Origin: Kofleriaceae bacterium
Lineage (GTDB): Bacteria > Myxococcota_A > Polyangia > Haliangiales > Haliangiaceae
Assembly (NCBI GenBank): GCA_046597055.1
Contig: JBKJLC010000201.1
Coordinates: 1-30,539 of the forward strand
Direction of reading: 5' to 3'
Length of the DNA: 30,539 nucleotides
Shown: piece by piece, positions 25,921-30,539 of the stretch
How the letters are laid out: every line of letters starts with the position of its first letter
Position numbering within the stretch: the first letter of the stretch is position 1
Program-made: the position numbers and the translations under genes
The notes under the pieces: generated by a model
What the model was told of the DNA's origin: nothing
What the model saw: the letters and a program-made list of their open reading frames with translations, nothing else
The model's database searches: none

Positions 25921-25990
25921 CCGTCTGGTCGTGACGAGGCGGGGGGGACCGGCAACGAAGCAGACCGCGTCCGCAGCCCGGTTTCGTTTG

Positions 25991-26476
25991 CTAGCCGGGG
26001 ATGCAGAAGCGAAACGCCACCAGGTCCTGCGTGCCGCCGGCCGGGACGGTCTTGACCGTGATCTCCCACAGCCCTGGCATCCACAGGTTCACTGGCGTCA
26101 CCTGGTACTCGCCGGGCCCGGCGCCGGGGCTCACGACCGCCGGGATCGGCGAGCCGTGGCGGTGGTCGGGCATGAACGGGACGACCTCGACCGCCGCGCC
26201 GGTGGCCGGGGTCGTGGCGTGCTCGATCGCGAGGACGAAGGTGTTGTCACCACGCGCGGGCGGGGTCGGGGTCGACGACACCAGCGTGACCGTCACCCCG
26301 TTGGTCCCGGACTTCGCCATGCCGGCCAGGAACGTGTCGTCGCGGTCCTCGAGTTCGCAGTTGTACGTGCCGCCGTCGGTGTACAGGGTGTGGTGATCCT
26401 CGCCACAGCCGCCGAGCAGGAGCGCGGCCAGCGACAGCGGCCCGAGGAAACCCAGCGTTCGAGGCATCGAATGCAT
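25991..26476 (-). CDS. YtkA/FixH-like lipoprotein
   Basis: LGGC lipobox; PFMPDHRHGS, GEYQV, NLWMPGLWEI. Start is ATG26476 or ATG26467. Confidence 0.8.
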   Translation of the reverse strand: MHSMPRTLGFLGPLSLAALLLGGCGEDHHTLYTDGGTYNCELEDRDDTFLAGMAKSGTNGVTVTLVSSTPTPPARGDNTFVLAIEHATTPATGAAVEVVPFMPDHRHGSPIPAVVSPGAGPGEYQVTPVNLWMPGLWEITVKTVPAGGTQDLVAFRFCIPG

Positions 26477-26577
26477 GCGGATACGTCCGGCTGCAGCGTA
26501 CGCGGTCGGTCGTCCCCCGGCAAACCGGGCGCGCTCACGGGGCCTGGCACCCTGAGGCGCCGGCGCGCGCGGCGGTA

Positions 26578-27141
26578 TCACTGCAGCGTCGGCCGCGCCA
26601 GGATCGCGGTCTGGCGGTCGAAGCCGACCCCGGCCGGCACGCCGCAGTATGCGACGATCGCGAGCGTGAGCGGCTCGCTGGGAACCCACCAGATCGCCTC
26701 GATCGCCGCCCGGGGTCGCAGGTAGGCGGTGACGCGCGCGCGGCCGTGGGCCCGCGCGCGCCCGGCGACGTGCTGCGTGACCGTGACCCCGAGTGCGTAC
26801 TTGCGCACCGGCGTCGACATGCCCTCGATGCGCAGCCCACGACGCTGGACGACGCGGGTGTGCAGCTCCCAGCCAGCGCGCGCGGTCGGTTCGAGCGGCA
26901 CCAGCTTGCGCCGTAGCGCTTCGATGCGGGCGAGGTCGCCGGCGACCGGCACCGCCACCCCCGCGTGCTCCCCGCGGGTCGCCATCACGTGCAGCTGCGT
27001 CGTCGGGCCGTGCTCGGCCAGGTAGACCCGCCGCTCGGCGCGGTCCCAGCCGAGGACCTCGAGCGTGTGGCCGCTCACCGCGGTCGGCCACTCGGCCGCG
27101 GTGGCCGACGTGCTGGTCAGGAACGACAGGCTTGCTCGCAT
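26578..27141 (-). CDS. Hypothetical protein
   Basis: GGAGG SD before ATG27141; protein-like composition (LEVLGWDRAERRVYLAEH, AIWWVP). Confidence 0.75.
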   Translation of the reverse strand: MRASLSFLTSTSATAAEWPTAVSGHTLEVLGWDRAERRVYLAEHGPTTQLHVMATRGEHAGVAVPVAGDLARIEALRRKLVPLEPTARAGWELHTRVVQRRGLRIEGMSTPVRKYALGVTVTQHVAGRARAHGRARVTAYLRPRAAIEAIWWVPSEPLTLAIVAYCGVPAGVGFDRQTAILARPTLQ

Positions 27142-27193
27142 GAGGGTCGCCCTCCCCGGGGACGGGGCGGGCGAAATCCGCGCCCAGAGCACG

Positions 27194-27220
27194 TTACGAA
27201 TGGCTCGCGGGATCGGTTCG
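27194..27220 (-). promoter_or_regulatory. Candidate ECF-sigma promoter
   Basis: CGAACC-16 nt-CGTAA on the minus strand about 50 nt upstream of ATG27141. Confidence 0.45.
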
Positions 27221-27327
27221 TCAGCCTCGGCGTACGGGCGAGCGGCGGGGCGGGGCAGGCGGTGGCGGGACATCTCGAAGAGTGGAACGGTCGAGGAGCT
27301 CCCGGGTTGCACCCGAAGTGCGGCGGG

Positions 27328-27371
27328 AATAAAGGGCGTCGGCCGCGGGTCCTGGCCCACTCGGCCGACGC
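27328..27371 (-). terminator. Intrinsic terminator downstream of the MORN-variant gene
   Basis: Perfect 10-bp stem GCGTCGGCCG/CGGCCGACGC followed on the minus strand by CCTTTATT. Confidence 0.65.
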
Positions 27372-27413
27372 GCGCGCTGTGTCGCGGCGCACGGCAGCGT
27401 GTGGGTGTCGCGC

Positions 27414-28994
27414 TCAGTTGACGCCGTCGCCGTGGTCGACGGCGCGGACCAGCACGCCGGCGGCGTCGTACCAGCGCCAGCCGCCCACCCGGTGGCCGGC
27501 GCGGTGTTGCCCGGCGACCCGCACGGTGCCGTCGACGTGCAGCTCGCGCCACGGCCCGTCGAGCACGCCGAGCTTCCAGGTCGCCTCGAGCTGCAGGGCG
27601 CCGTCGGCGGTCCAGCTCTGCCAGACCCCGTCGCGGCGATCGTCGACGTAGCTGCCGGCCAGCGCGGCGTGACCGGCCGGATGCAGCTCCGCGTAGGGAC
27701 CGTGGCGGCGGCCGTCGCGATAGGTCGCCTCGACCGCGAGCGCGCCGCCGGCGCGCCAGCGCCGGTAGGCCCCGTCGAGCCGACCGGCCAGGTAGCTCGC
27801 CTCGGTGCGCGGCTTGCCGCCCGGCCACAGCGCTGTCCACGGGCCGTGCTCCTCGCCCGCGACGAACCCGCCTTCGACCGCGAGCTGGCCGCGCAGGTAG
27901 CGCTCGACATGGGGGCCGTCCGGCTGGCCGCCCCGCAGGCGAGTCTCCGACGACACCGCGCCGTTGGGATGGAATGACCGCTGGATGCCGCGGCCGGCGC
28001 GGATCGTGTAGCGCCCGAGCTCGCGGTTGCCGACGTACTCGATGAAGACGCCGGCGGGCATCCCGTGCGCGTAGGTGCCGCGCCAGGTCATGCCGCCGCC
28101 GAGCAAGGCCTTCCACACGCCGTCGCGCTTGCCGGCGACATACGAGCCCGCCTTCTCCGGGTTGCCGCGGTGGTCGAACCAGGTCCACGGCCCGGTCTTC
28201 GCGCCGGCGCGGTAGGCGCCTTGCTCGCGCTTTCGGGTCCGCGAACGGAACGCGACCCACGGCCCATCGAGTCGGCCGCGCGCGTCGTAGCGCTCCTCGA
28301 GCAGGCGGAAACCACGCCGCCAGATCGCGCGCGTGCCGACCAGCACGCCGTCCTGCCAGTGCTCGATCACCAGCATCGTGCCGCGGGTGCCGGCGGTGCG
28401 CGCGCCCTCGCGGCGGCCGTCCTGCCACGACTCTTCGAGCCACAGCGTGCCGCCGGCGGTCCACGCGCGGGCCGGCCCGTGGCGCCGGCCGTCCTTCCAC
28501 GTCGTCTCGCGGGCGAGCTCGCCGCCGGGGTGCCAGCGCCGCGCCACGCCGGTGCCGTCGATCATCTGATAGCGGCCGAGCTCGCGACCGCCGGGCGCGA
28601 GCTCGCGCCAGGTGCCATGCGCGCGGCCCGCACGGTAGCCGCCGTCCTCGCGCAGGGCGCCGCCGGGTGCGAACCGCTGCCACCCGCCGTCGAGCTCACC
28701 CGCTGTATATCCGCCGCGCACCGCGACCGTGCGATCCGGATGCAGCTCGACGAACGGACCCTCGCGCGTGCCGTCGTCGCGCGTGCACGCCGCCCCGCGC
28801 GCGGGCCACGGCAGTGGCGCCGTGTGCGCGCCGGCACCACACGTGACCAGCGCCGGCGTGGCCACCGGTCTGGCGGTCGCGTTCACGTCGCCACCGTCGG
28901 GAGTGTCGACCGGCGCGAGCGCCGCGACGCCCGGCGCCGGCCGCGAGCTGCACGCCGCGGCGGTGACGAGGGCGACCGCGATCGCGCGGATCAC
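27414..28994 (-). CDS. MORN-variant repeat (YwqK-like) lipoprotein
   Basis: MIRAIAVALVTAAAC signal; many repeats such as GxYxxGxxxGxW and HPxG. Confidence 0.88.
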   Translation of the reverse strand: MIRAIAVALVTAAACSSRPAPGVAALAPVDTPDGGDVNATARPVATPALVTCGAGAHTAPLPWPARGAACTRDDGTREGPFVELHPDRTVAVRGGYTAGELDGGWQRFAPGGALREDGGYRAGRAHGTWRELAPGGRELGRYQMIDGTGVARRWHPGGELARETTWKDGRRHGPARAWTAGGTLWLEESWQDGRREGARTAGTRGTMLVIEHWQDGVLVGTRAIWRRGFRLLEERYDARGRLDGPWVAFRSRTRKREQGAYRAGAKTGPWTWFDHRGNPEKAGSYVAGKRDGVWKALLGGGMTWRGTYAHGMPAGVFIEYVGNRELGRYTIRAGRGIQRSFHPNGAVSSETRLRGGQPDGPHVERYLRGQLAVEGGFVAGEEHGPWTALWPGGKPRTEASYLAGRLDGAYRRWRAGGALAVEATYRDGRRHGPYAELHPAGHAALAGSYVDDRRDGVWQSWTADGALQLEATWKLGVLDGPWRELHVDGTVRVAGQHRAGHRVGGWRWYDAAGVLVRAVDHGDGVN

Positions 28995-29051
28995 ACGAAC
29001 ACAATGCCACGTTGGCGTGCGTCGCGCGGGCCCGGGGGTATGGTCGATGCA

Positions 29052-29603
29052 ATGCGCACTACACCGATCTTGACTGGACTCTGCGCCGCGGCCATCGCCC
29101 TCACTGCCACCACGAGCGTCGCCGATGCCCGGCCACGCCCGCGCGAGGGCAAGAAATTTCAGGCCAACAAGGACTTCGGGCTCGGCATCATGCTCGGCGC
29201 GCCGAGCGGCCTGTCGGGCAAGTACTTCTACGCCTCGAGCACCGCGATCGACTTCGGCATCGGTGCGATCGGCCGCTATCGGAACCGCGACGGGCTGCAC
29301 TTCCACGTCGATCACCTGTGGCACCCGGTCAGCCTGATCTCGAACCCCTCGTTCGAGTTGCCTCTGTACATCGGGATCGGCGGGCGCTACTTCGACTTCG
29401 ACTTCAACGACAACCGGGACGGCTACGACGACGGCTCGGTGCTGGGCGTCCGGGTCCCGGTCGGCATCGCGTTCGACTTCAACAACGTCCCGCTCGACAT
29501 CTTCGTCGAGCTCGCGTTCGTCCTCGATTTCTACGTGAGCGATTACGACGACGACGTCGACGGCGACCTCAACGGCGCCGTCGGCATCCGCTACTGGTTC
29601 TGA
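29052..29603 (+). CDS. Small outer-membrane beta-barrel protein (DUF3996-like)
   Basis: Signal peptide ending ADA; FGLGIMLGAPSGLSGKY, GVRVPVGI, PLDIFVE; C-terminal GIRYWF (BAM-type signal). Confidence 0.82.
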   Translation: MRTTPILTGLCAAAIALTATTSVADARPRPREGKKFQANKDFGLGIMLGAPSGLSGKYFYASSTAIDFGIGAIGRYRNRDGLHFHVDHLWHPVSLISNPSFELPLYIGIGGRYFDFDFNDNRDGYDDGSVLGVRVPVGIAFDFNNVPLDIFVELAFVLDFYVSDYDDDVDGDLNGAVGIRYWF

Positions 29604-29604
29604 C

Positions 29605-30539
29605 ATGAAGGTCCCGGCCATCCGGTTCCGGGCCGCCGGAGGGCCCGAGGTGATCGAGCTGAGCGAGACCGAGGTCCGCGATCCCGGGCCCGGCGAGGTC
29701 CAGATCGAGGTCGCGGCCGCCGGCGTCAACCGGGCTGACGTGCTCCAGCGCAAGGGCTTCTACCCGGCGCCACCGGGCGCACCGCCCGACGTGCCCGGCC
29801 TCGAGCTGTCAGGCACGGTGGTCGCGCGCGGGCCCGGCGCGACGCAGTGGGAGATCGGCGCGGCGGTGATGGCGATCGTCGGCGGCGGCGCGATGGCGCG
29901 GCGGATCTCGCTGCACGAGCGCGAGCTGATGCCGGTGCCGACCGGCGTCTCGATCGTCGACGCCGCCGCGATCCCCGAGGCGTTCCTGACCGCGTGGGAC
30001 GCGCTGGTGCTGCAGGCCGGGCTCGCCGCCGGCGACAGCGTGCTGATCCACGCCGCCGCCAGCGGCGTCGGCACCGCGGCGCTCCAGCTCGCCCGCGCGA
30101 TCGGCGCGCGGCCGATCGGCACCACCCGCAGCGCCAGCAAGCTGCCGGCGCTGGTCGGCCACGGCCTGGCCGAGGGTGACGGCATCGTCGTCGACCAGCA
30201 TCGGTTCGCGGCCGAGGTCCAGCGCCGGGTCGCCGGCGGGGTGCCGGTCATCCTCGACTGCGTCGGCGCGGCGTACCTGGAGGAGAACCTGCGCGCGCTG
30301 GCGGTGCGCGGGCGGCTGGTCCTGATCGGCACCCTCGGCGGCGGCACCGCGCCGGCCCCGCTGTCGATGCTGCTCGGCAAGCGGGCCCAGCTGATCGGCA
30401 CCGTCATGCGGGCCCGCGCGCTCGAGGAGAAGATCGCGCTGGCCCGGCTGGCCTCGGCCCGGCTGGTGCCGCTGTTCGAGCGCGGCGCGCTGCGTCCGGT
30501 GATCGACACGGTGCTGCCGATGGCGGCGTGCGCCGACGC
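29605..30539 (+). CDS. NAD(P)H-quinone oxidoreductase (PIG3/zeta-crystallin MDR family), 3' end beyond the window
   Basis: Translated by hand (absent from the ORF track): GGPEV, AAGVNRADVLQRKGFYP, PGLELSG, IPEAFLTAW, VLIHAAASGVGTAA. Confidence 0.93.
   Translation, partial: MKVPAIRFRAAGGPEVIELSETEVRDPGPGEVQIEVAAAGVNRADVLQRKGFYPAPPGAPPDVPGLELSGTVVARGPGATQWEIGAAVMAIVGGGAMARRISLHERELMPVPTGVSIVDAAAIPEAFLTAWDALVLQAGLAAGDSVLIHAAASGVGTAALQLARAIGARPIGTTRSASKLPALVGHGLAEGDGIVVDQHRFAAEVQRRVAGGVPVILDCVGAAYLEENLRALAVRGRLVLIGTLGGGTAPAPLSMLLGKRAQLIGTVMRARALEEKIALARLASARLVPLFERGALRPVIDTVLPMAACAD

Noticed and set aside
27414..28994. Toxin-antitoxin system based on YwqK-like repeats
   Set aside because: No toxin-like neighbour; the repeat family is generic and this protein appears exported
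27414..29753. ORF-track long versions (27414-29753, 28065-29603, 26578-28683, 5367-8012) as fusion proteins
   Set aside because: Their N-terminal extensions overlap other real genes; signal peptides, SD sites and stop/start overlaps mark the internal starts

Overview
A very GC-rich (roughly 70-75% by eye) bacterial chromosomal window with about 26 densely packed protein-coding genes. The gene content (membrane Ser/Thr kinase, many lipoproteins, c-type cytochromes, YtkA-like and MORN-variant proteins) suggests a myxobacterium, but this is inference. In order: Tex with two large low-complexity segments; GNAT acetyltransferase; sulfatase-like and PHP-hydrolase lipoproteins; NarL/LuxR response regulator divergent from a Ser/Thr kinase; udk; O-methyltransferase; NAD-dependent epimerase; rhodanese; rsmE; a trehalose-phosphate phosphatase/synthase fusion in reversed (TPP-TPS) order; AidB-like acyl-CoA dehydrogenase; stand-alone RlmK-like methyltransferase; AcpH-like protein; FGGY kinase; a CX6CH cytochrome lipoprotein coupled to a pentaheme cytochrome; YtkA-like lipoprotein; MORN-variant lipoprotein; outer-membrane beta-barrel; and a quinone oxidoreductase cut by the window edge. 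I saw no rRNA, tRNA, CRISPR array, transposase or integrase. The best leads are the reversed TPP-TPS fusion with a coupled leaderless uORF, the disordered expansions in Tex, the cytochrome pair, and a recurring -10 box just upstream of start codons that suggests leaderless mRNAs. All product calls come from motif recognition; no database search was run.
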